A stretch of DNA of 60,603 nt, the filler included, from Sphacelaria rigidula (taxonomy: Eukaryota), in NCBI GenBank assembly GCA_964200075.2. It is 10 parts of 10 records of this genome, joined end to end, with 100 filler letters (N's around TTAATTAATTAA, not from the genome) between each part and the next. Parts side by side here need not be neighbours in the genome. Positions count along the whole stretch, not along the records: positions 24,285 to 30,254 come from CAXNAA020023112.1; positions 30,355 to 36,324 come from CAXNAA020023113.1; positions 36,425 to 42,394 come from CAXNAA020023114.1; 7 more parts are not named here. One strand, 5' to 3'. The notes below the pieces were generated by a model. It did no database searches and had not been told where the DNA came from. It saw only the letters and a program-made list of their open reading frames with translations. The position numbers and the translations under genes were made by a program. Numbering within the stretch: the stretch's first letter is position 1; each line of letters starts with the position of its first letter. Of this stretch, positions 25,345-38,025 are shown in pieces.

Positions 25345-26288
25345 TTACGCAGAAGCTGCACGAGTTAACGCGAACTCTGCGGGCGGGAGCCCAGCCAACG
25401 CCACCACTTGCCGTAGCGCTGCCACAGCATCATACCGATTCCACACCAGTAATTCCCCGGAATCCCGCGCATCATACGTCATAAGCGCGGCCTCAGCGGG
25501 GTGCGAATCCGAAAGGGACATCAGTTGAATCATTAGCGCGACTGCTCCACCCCCCGCTTTAAATTCCAAGGCAGGACCCTCGCGAACGCGCGTTACTACC
25601 ATTCCGACTCGTAACTGATCTCCTTTGGAAGCTCGGAATCGCACTTCCACCCGATCTGCTGTACCCCACTCAGGTCGACGCAACTGCGTCCGTCCCTGAA
25701 AAAGGGCCCATCCCTCGTACGCAAACAGTAAAGTGGGTGATAAGAATGAACATAATCCGCAAACATCTCAGAAGACCTCGTAAGAAAGCAAAAAGATGCA
25801 CACAAGTCCAGCCACAGCACGCGACTACCTGGACCCCATCCAAGCGACAGACGTTCCCCGTCCATGAGCACTGACAACGCCACCGGACGTCTAACTCGCT
25901 GCTGTGATCCTATCACAGCGTGGCTACGCTTCAATCCCATCAATGTATTTTTAATTAACGAGTGCTGGATGTCCAAATCGACAGCCCTCTCCGTTCGATG
26001 GAAACATGCAACTATAGCTAAATGACTTGCCACGGTGTTCGACCACAATCCTTTCTTGGCACACGCATAATCTATGTTCTCAATCAATGACCACACGTTA
26101 TGTATCTCCTCACCACGGTTACTCATAAACACGACTCGGTTCATCTCCCGCCAGAACTTAACCCAGGAACCAAAATATCCTTCGTAAGTTCTCGCAGACG
26201 ACGGCGCAATGGCATTTCGGACGAGCCCGCGGCCAAAATGCATGAATACAGATGCCTCCCCTCTGCCCCGATGTCCTGCATATACCAT
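25345..26288 (-). pseudogene. Tyrosine recombinase of the retrotransposon (C-terminal catalytic box lost)
   Basis: AIAPSSARTY..., RRPV, FCFLTRSSE (box I Arg), RFRASKGDQ (catalytic Lys); similarity ends at PAEFAL, just before the expected HSxR and Tyr. Confidence 0.85.
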
Positions 26289-26339
26289 TGAACATCGGGA
26301 CGGCGGGACGAGAGTTTAGCGGAGGTACGATTGATTGGT

Positions 26340-28460
26340 CATCGCGAAATACCATTAGCAACATCATTTAGAATCCCCGGCACGTGTTTCGCCTCAAACA
26401 CCCATCCGGAAGCTATCTCCTACATGCCAAGCATACGCATCAAAGCGCCCGATCGCAGCTCCTTCCCCCGTCTGCACTTATTTACCCAAGTCACGGCGGC
26501 TGAATTGTCTGCACGTAAAGCACGCAATCAGCGTGATTTCGTGGTCGTCTCCCACCCAGAACATATATCACCCACGCCGACATGACCATGCCAAGAAGTT
26601 CCAGAACATTTAATGGAGATGTCCTCCTACGAGTGCACCGTATCACCTTTAAACTGAGAAAGTTCCTCATCGGACAAGTCACAGCGCCACCACAAGCCCG
26701 ACTGCAGACAATATCCGCCAACCGCAGCACCCGATGCGTCCGAAAACAAGGACAGCGTGGGTGGGCGCAACACTAGTCGGTACACCGAGGATGATAGTAC
26801 TGACCCATCCCGCGACAAACCGTCACTAACCAGCCAACGCCACGCGTCTAAATCATCGTGAAACTCCGGGCTCAAAACCACCACTCGCGACTTCGTCGCC
26901 GCCCTCCTTTGAAAATCGTCCCTCGTCACAACACGGGACGAGGAGGGGCGGCGCACCCCGGCCGATGCGAGCATACGGTGAACAAAAACCTTTCCCGGAC
27001 GCAAAACGCAGGATACGTGTAGCAGGAAACCGGTCAACGACGAAATGTCTCTCACTATAGACTTGCGATCCCGAGGCCATTGCAACTCCATCTTTTGCAA
27101 TTTCGAGATTTTTGCTTCTGACAGCGAGATTGACAGGGAGTCAATATCAATCACCCATCCCAGTACTTCCAACCGGGTTTTCCACGCCGACATTTTGTTG
27201 GCGTCTAACAGCGGGGGGTCATCCGACCCCCTCTCACCCAGTAAACGATAATGATCTGATATAAAGGACCTCGACGCGCACAAACATCACCTGCCGTCAG
27301 GAAAATACTGAACTTCCACCAATATACTGTCGTCAACGTAGATGCACATGAAGAAGGGGTCGTCCACCCCGCCACCAACTCCCGCAACGATCCTACAGTC
27401 CGGGGGCAACGTTGCCATGCGTTCCTGCCGGCGTGATGCCATTTTGATAGACTGGGCATCACGACGACCGATAGCCGTCACTGCGTGCGTGAAAAAGGAT
27501 GTGTTGTGAGAGTGTTCCAAGGCCGCTGCTAGCAAGCCCCAAAAGCCGGGACTGCTGCGCCAACCGAATTCCAGACAAAGATCGACGATCGCCATATCAC
27601 CAAACACGTACCCGAAATAAGCGGCCCGTGCTGGGTCCACCAACACCTGGCGAAATGCCTCCTTGACATCACTTTTACTCAGCACAATGCGGGCCGTGGA
27701 GCCAAATTTCTGTCGCAAGAACAAAATCCGCATCAGAACTTTACGCAGCACTCCACCGATGTCACACGGCGGTGCCTGCAAAAAGTCTGTGTCCGCATTA
27801 ACACTGGTGGGTGGCGCTCGACGGGGGGAAAAGGTGAGATCATGTATGATACGAAATTTTGGGGTGCACCACCACCCCAAGCGGGGGACACACGAAATAA
27901 TTCAATATCGAAGATCCATCTCACGTCGAATACCGGTGCGCGACCGTTGATAACATCCAGGCACAGCTTTTCATATGTACGGTCCTGGTGCTCATCCACC
28001 CCACTCTGGTTCCCATAGTTCATCGCATTAACCAAATCACCCCCGGGTTGGACATCAACTGGCACACCCCGTTCTAGCACCTTTGCCAACAGAGTGATAT
28101 GCGGGAAACCCTTGAGGTCACCAAACCAACGGCGAAAACCTTGAACATATATCTGCGATCCGAAAAATTCTCGCCCTACTCAGTTTACGAAAACTTCAAC
28201 ATTGCCGTCATATGCGTGCAGCATGGCCGAGCTTATCTCTGCAATGCGGGTAAGGTGCGCTACCGCCTCCGTCCCCGTCAAGTCACGTAAGTGCGTAACC
28301 AAATATTTCCACCTCTGACTGCAGCATTGAAAATCAACATCATCACACAAATCCAACATACCAGAATCACAGTTCGCCATGGAACCTGGCACCAGCATAT
28401 CACTCTCGCATCCGCCTTGCTGCCGTCCCGGAGCGGCGCGTGCCAAGTCCCGTAACCCCA
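26340..28460 (-). pseudogene. Reverse transcriptase - RNase H of the YR retrotransposon
   Basis: KFRIIHDLTF, KSDVKEAFRQV, LEFGWRSSPG, YVDD, LEVLGWVID; RNase H FSDASG, NVLELLG, ADNSAAV, HVPGILNDVANGISR. Confidence 0.9.
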
Positions 28461-28533
28461 TTCTATTTTGGCACGTGCCCGTCCCGACGCCCCTGTCCTG
28501 GGTTGGCCCCGCTCCAAGGCGAAGACCGTCCCC

Positions 28534-30241
28534 CTAGCCCGACCTTCCTGCACGCGCCGCAGTACCATTGCCACCGCGTGAACCCCCGTCCCCACTAGAG
28601 GCTCCCCCGCCATCATTGCTCCCCTCGGCAGTCTGAACTCGCGGCCCCGATGCCGGCGTGGTCGGGGTCCGACTGCTGCCGCTGGTCCCGGGAACAGGGA
28701 CCCCAGTGTCGGAGGTGCGGGTCTCACCGGACCGGCCGGCACCACTACTGCCGCTACCGGTGGCGGCGCTGGAGTTGCCATCCCCTCCCGATTGTGGCCC
28801 GTCATGACTGAACCTACATCTGTCCCCCCACCGACAGTGACCGTAGTCCAGAAAAACGAAGCATGACTGGGTCCGCCGCACTCGCGTCTCCTGCTGCGGT
28901 GCCTCAATTCCCCGCACCCCGGTTGCCGGAGCCCGATCCACCCCTCCCACCCCCCCCCGCGGTGGCACTTCCTGTTCCCCTCCCTTCCAACGCGTCAACA
29001 TACCCCGCCCTCACCATTTGCACAGCGTTGCCCCCCGGTCTCGAGCAATGAGCATAGCTGAGGAAAGGCGGGAACAGGCGGAGGAGGGAGAACGCCGACC
29101 GACGACGGTGGAGAACGGTTATTCGCGAACAGGTGCTGCGACTACTGTGCCAAGGCATCAGACCACTTGACGAGGTCAGAGTTGATGATGCGGGTCGTAG
29201 TATCAGTACCCGCGTGCTGCGTCATCATGTCGAAGTGGGCGTTGGTGTACGACCGAAGATCGGAGGTCATGGTCGCAGAGACTGCCGTAAGCGCCTTCAC
29301 CCGGCTGGCACGCATCGCTTCCTCTGCCCTGGACGGCGCTCCCAGACCGGCTCCCAGCAAGCGCCCGAAGGCATCACCCATCAGACCCAGGCGGTCCGGC
29401 AGGGATATCCTGTCGCTCGAACTAGAATTTGCCGCACCGCGCGGCATGATTGCTGCGACGTCAAGTAGAGAGAAAGAGTGCGGAACATGCTCGCTACCTT
29501 CGAAGAGACATGTATCATAGCATCCAGGACGCCCTGCAACTCAGGTGGACTGAATGACTGTGCCGGCGGTGTGCCGGTGAGGAGCCACCACTTACGCGAC
29601 GCGGCGTCCTGCCAGAGCTGCACACGATCCCGCACCTCGTACTTCCGTCGCTGCTCCACTTCCGCCCCAGCGGCAGCCTTATTTTCCGCCGGCTGCTGTC
29701 CACCCCACGGCTGCACGTTGGTCCACGACCCACCTCCACCCACGGGTCCCGAACCGGCAAGGTTTGCTGTCTGCAGGTCGGTATTGTCCTGACGAGCAGC
29801 GGGGGAGGCGGGTTGTAATGCCGCCGAACCGATGTGGAGGTTGCGTGACCCCCAGCCAGCCTCCGCAAATTCTCTGCGCGGCTCCGTGCGTACCCCTGGC
29901 GTACCTGGCCATATCACCGCTGGCCGGGCGGGTGATGGCAGGGACACATCACCAGTGCCGGTAGTAAGCGGCCTAGCCGCCTCTGTGCCAGGACCCCTCA
30001 CGGCCGCGTGGGAAAAATTGCTGTCATCGGGGCGGTGGAAGGATGCTACGGGTCTTGCCCCTGATGAAACTAACTGTTTTACCACCTCCGTCAACTGACG
30101 AACGTCGTCTGTAACCGAGGTCATCTTGGAATCCAGATTCTCCACGCTCGTCTTGGTGCCCTCAAGGTTGTCGGCGATGGTATCCACGCGATCGCTAATG
30201 CGGCCAATGTTTTTGGTGATATCGCCCACCTGGCTGTCCAA
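28534..30241 (-). pseudogene. gag-like ORF of the YR retrotransposon (N-terminal coiled coil, C-terminal CCCH zinc finger)
   Basis: Heptad pattern in ORF 29381-30241; CFVFLDYGHCRWGDRCRFSH (C-x8-C-x5-C-x3-H) in ORF 28534-29001; spread over four frames. Confidence 0.75.
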
Positions 30242-32459
30242 CGTATCGATATGTNNNNNNNNNNNNNNNNNNNNNNNNNNNNNNNNNNNNNNNNNNNNTT
30301 AATTAATTAANNNNNNNNNNNNNNNNNNNNNNNNNNNNNNNNNNNNNNNNNNNNGTCCGAACAACCATTGCTGCTTTCAACGACGAGCTGACTCGAAATT
30401 TCGAGCAACAAATGATCCAAAATACCCCCCCACCCTATCGTAGGATGACTCCCATACCGTACAGAGCATGATGCGTTAGCTCATAATCGATTGACCATTG
30501 CTAGGGCCAGGCTGCGACCGGTCTTGTCGCCCCTGACCGGGAGACCCACACTCGATGATTCTTGGCAAAAAATCGCAAGGCTGTCTTGGAAGTGCAGTTT
30601 CACGCCCTGCCTAATGATTTAATCCCGCATGCGACGCAATAATATTGGGAACATCCGTTAGATGTACCAACGGGCGCGGACGAAGTGTCCTCCGGCTTGA
30701 ATTTTGTTTTTTGAAGCCCATTTTTCGACGAAGGCAACGAACTACAGCGTTACCACTAGATGCAAAACAGACGCTCCCCCTCGCCTCTATTTCCCTCTCC
30801 ATATTTTCGTCGAAAAAGCTGCCTCGAAATATATGTATGATTCGGCACTAAGTAAGATAGAGGATCCATCTTCAGCTCTTATCCTTGATATAATATAGTA
30901 GTGAGCTCGCAGTTTAATGGTGGATGACTGAGTGTCTGAATTAAACTAGTACAGTAGAATAATACGAGTGATCTACGAACGATCGGCGGGCATGAAAATA
31001 TTTTAGTTGAATGTGTGCTTGTATAAGGTAGAAATTGGACTGCTTTTATGGTTGACGCAGCTGTTGAAGCTGGATACAGAGTTGTACCTGACCAGCCGCA
31101 GGCGTACGTCACTACTGACGTCTTTATTGACCACAGCATGGCACGTCAGGATGATTTTGCATTATGGCAGGGTTGTATGCGTGGCTAGGAGTTTTTGTGG
31201 GAAAGGACTCGACCCCCCCACGAGCTTCACTTGCGATCCGCCGGTCACAGAGAGCCTTACCGTAGAACTGATCACAGAAGGACCATCAGCTTTTCATCTG
31301 CTCTGCACGACGTCTGACTCTCTGGCCAGCAAGCCATTTCTCAAGAAGTGAGTGACGTGTATTATAATCCCTTCGCGTCTTTTGGTTTTTCCTTTTCTGT
31401 AAGAGCTCGGTGCTTACCCATAGTAACAGCTGTCAGCTGTTAACGTGTGCCTTGTGCGAGAGAACCTAACTGCTGGAGTTATCGAGCCGAACGCGGGATC
31501 AGCTGGTCACTTTCTTATCTATGTTGGGGTGTGGCTTGCTTGCTAGTGCTTACCGTTACACTTATGGGGCTTCAGAGGTAGCTTGTTTCATTCAAGCTGT
31601 AGGGCTTTCTCTCTCGGTCGACCGCTGTTTACACAACAGTCAAACACAAGGTCACGGTTTTCTTTCAAAAACCTTGTTTTTTCGGCCCTTGTTTTTCAAT
31701 TCATATTTGTGTACACGATTTATCGGTGTAACACACGCAGGCAATTAGACTGCTTTTGGCCAGCTGTTTTCTCCTTTACTCGGAGTTTGACAGACATTCC
31801 GACTCGATTCACATCTCTTACGGCCAATCAATCGGTGAGACTAAGTGTACAATTCTACCAGGATACTACTCCCACTGCTCGGTTGTCCGTATGGGCACTA
31901 GGTGTATCCGACGGTTCCATGTCTTTTGATGTTTTGTTGGGTCGAGATAGTTGGCTTCGTTTTTCCACCCACACATACACAACGGACACACCTGTCCCGA
32001 ATCGTCCAGTCACAGGAAAACTGTCCCTGGGTCACTTCGACACTGATTCGGGAGCTCATGCTTATGAGGATGACCCCACGCTAACAGGTAATGCTTTCCG
32101 TCTGTACCATGTTGATGAACCTGTAGTCTCGCTTTCTCGTGAGCCCCAACTTATCCAAGTGAACCTCGTGAGACGCAGTGGATCGCCCGCCCTAACAAAA
32201 CATTATTTGGTCGAATTGCTCCAACCTAACCAAGCACAAGTTGGTCCGTTTGAACAGACCGAAGTCTTTGTCCACGAAGGTAGGCAGGGCATTTACCTCA
32301 CGTCCCCTGCATGTTTTGATATACTCAACGGTCAGTTGTTGGGTTATGCTCAAGCGCCTCTCATACGAACAGCCTTGCCAGATGTGTGCCCCCCTATGAC
32401 AACAACTCGCCAACCGACCCCCCGAAATCCACGCCCCCCCCTCCGCTACACATGCCTGA

Positions 32460-33135
32460 CCCCATGGTCTCTGTGGGCCTCGCCTTTAGTAGTCGTCTGT
32501 AAGAAAATGGCAAAATCAGACTGACGGTCAATTATCAACGGTTGAACGCTGTCACCAAAATCGCCCGGCTGCCACTTCCACGGGTCGATGAAATTATTGA
32601 CTCTCTCGGCGGGGGTAAGGTACTTTCGAACTTTGACATGCAGTCCGGCTACCACTAGCTCGTGATGGATCCAAATTCCATTGAATTGACAGCGTTTTGC
32701 ACGCCATCAGGTTTAAACGAGTGGCTGGTTACACCACAAGGTGCCGCCGGAGTTCCAGGTGCGTTTCAACGTGTAATGTTTCGTGTAGCCGATGGATTGC
32801 CCAAATGCCATATGTACCTTGATGATGCGGTGTGCCACGACCCCACACCAGCTGAACACGTCGAACAGTTGGCATCATTCTTTAATCGGTTTGAACAGCA
32901 CAACTTGAAACTCGCCCCCTCCAAATCCCGCATTGGCGCCACGAAGATTGAGTTCTTGGGTCATTACATCACCCCCGAAGGTCGTAGCCCAAACCTCGAC
33001 AAGGTCGCCGCACTCGCCGATATGCCCATGCCACGGGACATTTCTCAACTGCGTTCCTTGTTGGGAGGTCTGAGCTACTACAGACAGTACTTGCCAAATC
33101 TTGCCCAAACGCTGAACCCCTCACCACCCTCTTAA
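32460..33135 (+). pseudogene. Gypsy reverse transcriptase
   Basis: WASPLVVV, NYQRLN, LPRVDEII, FDMQSGYH*, TAFCTPSG, PQG, YLDD, IEFLGH, LRSLLGGLSYYR; includes a frameshift and a stop. Confidence 0.93.
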
Positions 33136-33143
33136 AAAAAGGG

Positions 33144-34745
33144 GTGGAATTTGTGTGCACATTGGAAATGGAAAAAACCGTCCGCCGTCTTCGTGACACC
33201 CCTTCGCGCCCGCCGATTCTCGTCTTCCCCAACTGGTCGACCGCCGAGCAGGGTTCCCGTCCTTTCCGGCTCCACACAGATTCTTCCAAAATTGGGTTTG
33301 GCTGCACATTAGAACAGGAGCAAGTCGATGCTACTGTTCGTCCCATCGTCTATCTGAGTCACACCACTTTTCCGAATGAACAGAATTTGCCTGTCATGGA
33401 ACAAGAGGCCGGCGCAGTTGTTTGGGGCATGCGACGTCTGCGTCAGTATTTGTATGACATCCCGTTCGTGATTTATACCAATCAGAAGTCTTTGAAAAGC
33501 CTTGCCAAAATGGCGGAACACAACGCTAGGGTCCAACGCTGGTTCGAAATCCTGTCGTCTTACAACTTTCAACTGAAGTACCGCACAGGTCCCCAGAATG
33601 CAAACGCCGACTTTCTGTCACGCTTGCCCACACCAGCTCAACCCATCGATGAATCCCCCATGAGAAGTATCACCGATCCCACCGAAGACATTGTATATTT
33701 CACAAGCAGGAATGGACATAGAGGTCTCTACACACCTCTTTCACCGAGAGAAACGCCGGCTTTAGGCATGAGTGGGCTGGCGACCACAGCCCACGCATCA
33801 GGTTTAGACAGCTTGCAACCTCAATCGTTGTACTCACTTTGGAATGGACTGTCTACGAATACTGTTGGCTATGATCATTTTCGTGCAACTGGCCAGCGCA
33901 TGGTTTTCACAGCAGGTGTAAAACCGTCCTTTGCTGACTCCGTCTTACCAGTTCAAGTTCGAGATTTGATTTCGAGTAGGACTCGTGGACGGCGGACCGC
34001 CGAAACGGCCACCAAATCAGCCGTATCTGGTTCTGACCTTCCCCTCCCTGCCCCCACCCCGGTCCTCAATAGTTTCCTTGCGCCCCCGCAGCCTCCGCGA
34101 CGCAAGACCGACAGACATTCGACCCCGACCGTGCCGCCCCTGCCAACCATAGCCGGAAGCACGGCTGTGCCTCCCTCCCTCGGTGATGACATTGCAAACA
34201 CCACCACATTACCCTCCACGCTAATCGATGCAGGAGTAGACGTCAACGTTCCGTGTGAGAGTACGCCAACTGGTAGGCTCACCCTTGATCCCGAAATCAC
34301 CGCTTCGAGCCAACCGCGCCCCGAACCGACCCAACACGAAGTAGACGCTTCAACATATGGAGTATTCAAGGAACGTTTGACTCTCTTCTCCTACGCCGAT
34401 TGGGCCCGGGAACAACAGGTAGAACCCGCTTGTGAATCAGCTATCCATTATCTATCTAAAGATTGCCCATATCCATTCTCAGAAACCGAATTTCTCTTGC
34501 CAGTCGGGACTCTCAAAGCGCCCACACAGGATGAAGTTACTGAACTTTCAAGGAAAGGTATGCTAGATACGGATGATTATGGTAGAGTTCTGTTAGTTCG
34601 TCAGCCTACAGCAGCCCTCCCCAGGGGGAAGCCTACAAGTCGACATGCCCGCTTGCAAGGTGATGAACCCATCCGTATCTATGTCTCGATGCTCCTGCGC
34701 CCATGGGTTCTACACTTAGCCACTCACAGGCATCGACTCATTTAG
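33144..34745 (+). pseudogene. Gypsy RNase H plus long Pro/Thr/Ser-rich linker
   Basis: FRLHTDSSKIGFGCTLEQ, EQEAGAVVW, YTNQKSL, RVQRW, NANADFLSR, then ~350 aa of linker. Confidence 0.9.
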
Positions 34746-36324
34746 GCGCCATTAGGACCTCCCAGATGTTGGAATCGAGCCTGGTCCGGCGCAAACCCGG
34801 CGTGCTCCGTCCCGGCTTTGTAGGGATGCGAGAGGTCAATGGTATTATGACTATGGCATGCATGATCATGAGTACATCCAGATGTTGGAATGTTTTTTTG
34901 GTGGATTTGTATGGATCAGTGTTGTCGTTGGTGGATGAGACGTTGTCTTCTATGTCAGGCGCGAAAAACCTCTCGTCAAACAGTTCGTTGGTCGATTGTT
35001 TCCATCCCACTCCCAAACGCGCCTGGCGAAGTAGTTTCGTAGGACTACTTTGGTCTTTTGCCCCTGACGGATAGTGGGAAAAACTATATTTTGTTGTTTA
35101 CGGATAGATTCAGTTGACATGCGGTGATGCACGCTGTCCCCTCCAGCAGCTATAACGCGGAAGGTACCGCCAACATTCTGGTATACATGTCCATACCACA
35201 GTGGGGTGTGCCCAAACGCTTACTGTCTGACAACGGCCCGCATTTTCCAGGCAAAGTTTAAGCCGCCGTTAGTGACCTTTTGGGTGCCCATCGCATTTTT
35301 ACTAGTTCATATCACCCTTCCACCAATGGTGGAACGGAACGACTGAACCATACGATGGCACAGATGCTTGCTGCTGTAGCAAATGAAAGAGATATGGACT
35401 GGGATCTGCACCTGCCCCTTGTCCGAATGAACTACAACAATTCAGTCAATGCCGCTGCGGGATTGTCGCCGAATGAAATTCATATTGGACGCATGCCTAG
35501 GTCACCTTTAACGGTATTCGAACGCAAAAATATAGGCGGACATCAGAGTCTAGATCGTGATGTTGTAGAGTATCATTTGTCGGTTAGCAATCGTCTTCGT
35601 CTTGCATATGAAGTGGTACGAGAACAAAACGAAATCAATTTGGCCAAGGTGGCCAGGGCGAACTCAATGTTGGATGATGTGGTACATTACCGCCCGGTAT
35701 GGAAGGTAGGCCAATGAGCATGGGTGTATAACGATGTGAAGACCATCAATCAAGGGGCTAGCTCGAAATCATCATCTATGGACAAAGTGTTGAAGGCGAA
35801 ACTATCCTTGAAATGGACTGGTCCTCGGGAAATTTTAGCTGTTGGTCCAAGCGCTACCGCACCCGACAAGGTTCTAGTGGGAGCGAAAATTTTGTCCTCA
35901 GATTTTCCCACGGATGGACCTGGTTTGAAACCGAAAAATCGCGTCTCGATGCTACGATTCAAACCGTGTATCCCCCCTCATGACTCCTCTGACATGCCCA
36001 AACAACTGCCGCTAGGGCTTAGCCAGTATGTGTTGACCAAGTATGCGATCAAAACCCCGCCGTATCATATGACGGTCGAGGATGCCGACGCACCCCTGGA
36101 ACGCGTTGAGGTAGATAGGATTTCGGGCCATCAACTGGTTCGCGGTCGTTGAGGTAAGATAACGGTAATGTATCCAACAAGTTGAAAGGGTATCATACGT
36201 GTTACATGGGAGCGTGAGGTTGATTTGCGTCATTTTCGTCGGGAAATATTGCTGTACTGGGTAGGAGATACCGTCCAACACCGCCCGTTGAATAAGAGAT
36301 ATCGGTCGATGCGCAAGGGAGCTG
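34700..36324 (+). pseudogene. Gypsy integrase (HHCC, DDE, GP motif) and chromodomain-like C-terminus
   Basis: HSQASTHLG...CLLCQ; TDRFS, LSDNG, GTERLNHT; KWTGP; VDRISGH...TWEREVDL; several stops; interrupted by a SINE. Confidence 0.9.
34776..34874 (+). mobile_element. Short head+tail SINE (~97 nt) inserted in the Gypsy integrase
   Basis: Flanked by a 14-bp duplication ccagatgttggaat (34762-34775 and 34878-34891); homologous copies at 51584-51680 (-) and 53873-53962 (+). Confidence 0.92.
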
Positions 36325-36541
36325 NNNNNNNNNNNNNNNNNNNNNNNNNNNNNNNNNNNNNNNNNNNNTTAATTAATTAANNNNNNNNNNNNNNNNNNNN
36401 NNNNNNNNNNNNNNNNNNNNNNNNGTGTAGATGTTTTTGTTTGTTGTATTATTCAGAGGGATGTTTGGCTTATGGGTATATTGGTGGTATGCTCCTTGCA
36501 CTCTGTGACCACGGGTTCGAGAGATTGAGCCAATGTGATGG

Positions 36542-36542
<1 letters not shown>

Positions 36543-36587
<45 letters not shown>

Positions 36588-36596
36588 AATAATAAC
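36543..36596. repeat. (AAT)n microsatellite
   Basis: Direct reading. Confidence 0.95.
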
Positions 36597-36929
36597 AAGT
36601 GTAGCTGTCGTCTTGGCGCAAATGATGCAAAAAGTATCATCCCAATCGATGGCCGTGGCGATGAGTATTTTTTCTGAATCAGATTGGGCTATGATCGCAA
36701 ACACGCGCCTTCAACCCTCGCCGTTTTCCACAGAACGCGAAAACCTCACTCCTGTCTAACGACCTCAGAAGACATGACACCCATGAATGACTCTTGATAG
36801 TGCAGATGATTGATACATCAGATATGTGGAATGTTCGACAGGTGTAGAATTTGAACCTTCAACCGAACCGCCAGAAGCTAGAATCATCTTTGCGACCTCG
36901 CAGCAGCGGAGATAACAAATTATAACACT

Positions 36930-37075
36930 GGCCCTGACCCTAGCCACATCGAAGGCATACCGAGCACCCTCGGGCAAGGGAGGGGGTGCAACGTGCTGCC
37001 AGGGCAAAGGGTGCGTTGCCAGAGCTCAAATCGGCGCCCCAGGCGCCGATGTAGACAAAAACGCGTTCTGGGCAT
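36930..37075 (+). mobile_element. Hairpin element family E copy
   Basis: ccctgaccctag, aaggcataccgagcaccctcgggcaagg, gagctcaaatcggcgccccaggcgccgat. Confidence 0.7.
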
Positions 37076-37869
37076 GATAGGAGGATGCTAGAAGCACAGC
37101 CCCCATGAAAGATGCAGATTTCGGTTTTCACACTAAGATCAAGATGAACCAACTTACCCCCCCGAATGGTAAAGTATACTGCGTCAAGACGACCCAAAAT
37201 ACAGCATAAAGTCGTCCGCCCACTTTCGCTGGAACCACATGGCACCGAAGCTGCATTCATGTCTTTCAGTGGACCCACCCGCCCTAAGACACGCATCTGT
37301 TGTATCGGTACTGGTGGGTAACGGACAACGGTTTGTTTTCATTCCCTCTTGCAACACAATATCTTTGGAGTCTAGACCGCGGGGGTAGTCCATCTGAACC
37401 ATGCATACTTTTTCAAGTGAAAAATGATGCCGATTCAGCATGTGACCAACCGTCGCGATCAAACGGCTAATTAATATCATATTCATCAAATGAAAAGCCA
37501 TGCCCACGGAACAACGATTACACTTGCACAACGCGAGTCATTTATCCGACAATAGCTGTGGAATGATGGCAACCGATATATCAAGCTCCTCAAAACATGA
37601 CGAGTTGGTGGACCGACACCCGCCCAGCCCACATTACACACCCGGTGACTATTTGTACTCCGCTCGTCTGTGTTAGGGCCGTCCTCGTTGGAGTTCATCA
37701 GTACGTATGGCTTTGTCGCATGTTGAGCACATCATGTTGACCCAATTTTGATCAGCATCTCCCCCCCCAAATTGTTCAGCTTCCTAGTTTTAGTTACCGG
37801 CGTTGGGCTACAAATGTTCATGGTTGATATTACTTGGTTTGAGTGCGCACAATGAGAATCGGAATTTTA

Positions 37870-38025
37870 GTAGGGCTGACGGTCCCTGTGTTCCTCGGCT
37901 GCGCACAACGCGTTTTGGATGAAATCGGTGCCACAGGCGCCGATTTGGGGTCTACCAAGGCCTCATTTTCTGCAGGGAATGTATGTACCGCCCTTGTCCG
38001 AGTGTTCTCGGTGTGCGTTGGGTTG
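37870..38025 (-). mobile_element. Hairpin element family E copy
   Basis: Reverse complement has accgagaacactcggacaaggg and caaatcggcgcctgtggcaccgattt. Confidence 0.65.

Larger units (their letters stand above)
25345..30254 (-). mobile_element. DIRS/Ngaro-type tyrosine-recombinase retrotransposon, decayed
   Basis: Domain order gag - RT - RNase H - tyrosine recombinase on one strand, with gag/RT overlap and no DDE integrase or protease; many frameshifts. Confidence 0.9.
30880..36324 (+). mobile_element. Ty3/Gypsy LTR retrotransposon, decayed, gag deleted, 3' end beyond the contig
   Basis: PR remnant (DVLLGRD), RT, RNase H, integrase in Gypsy order; the 5' LTR extent is only a guess (possible end ...ccgttaca at 31560). 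Confidence 0.9.
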
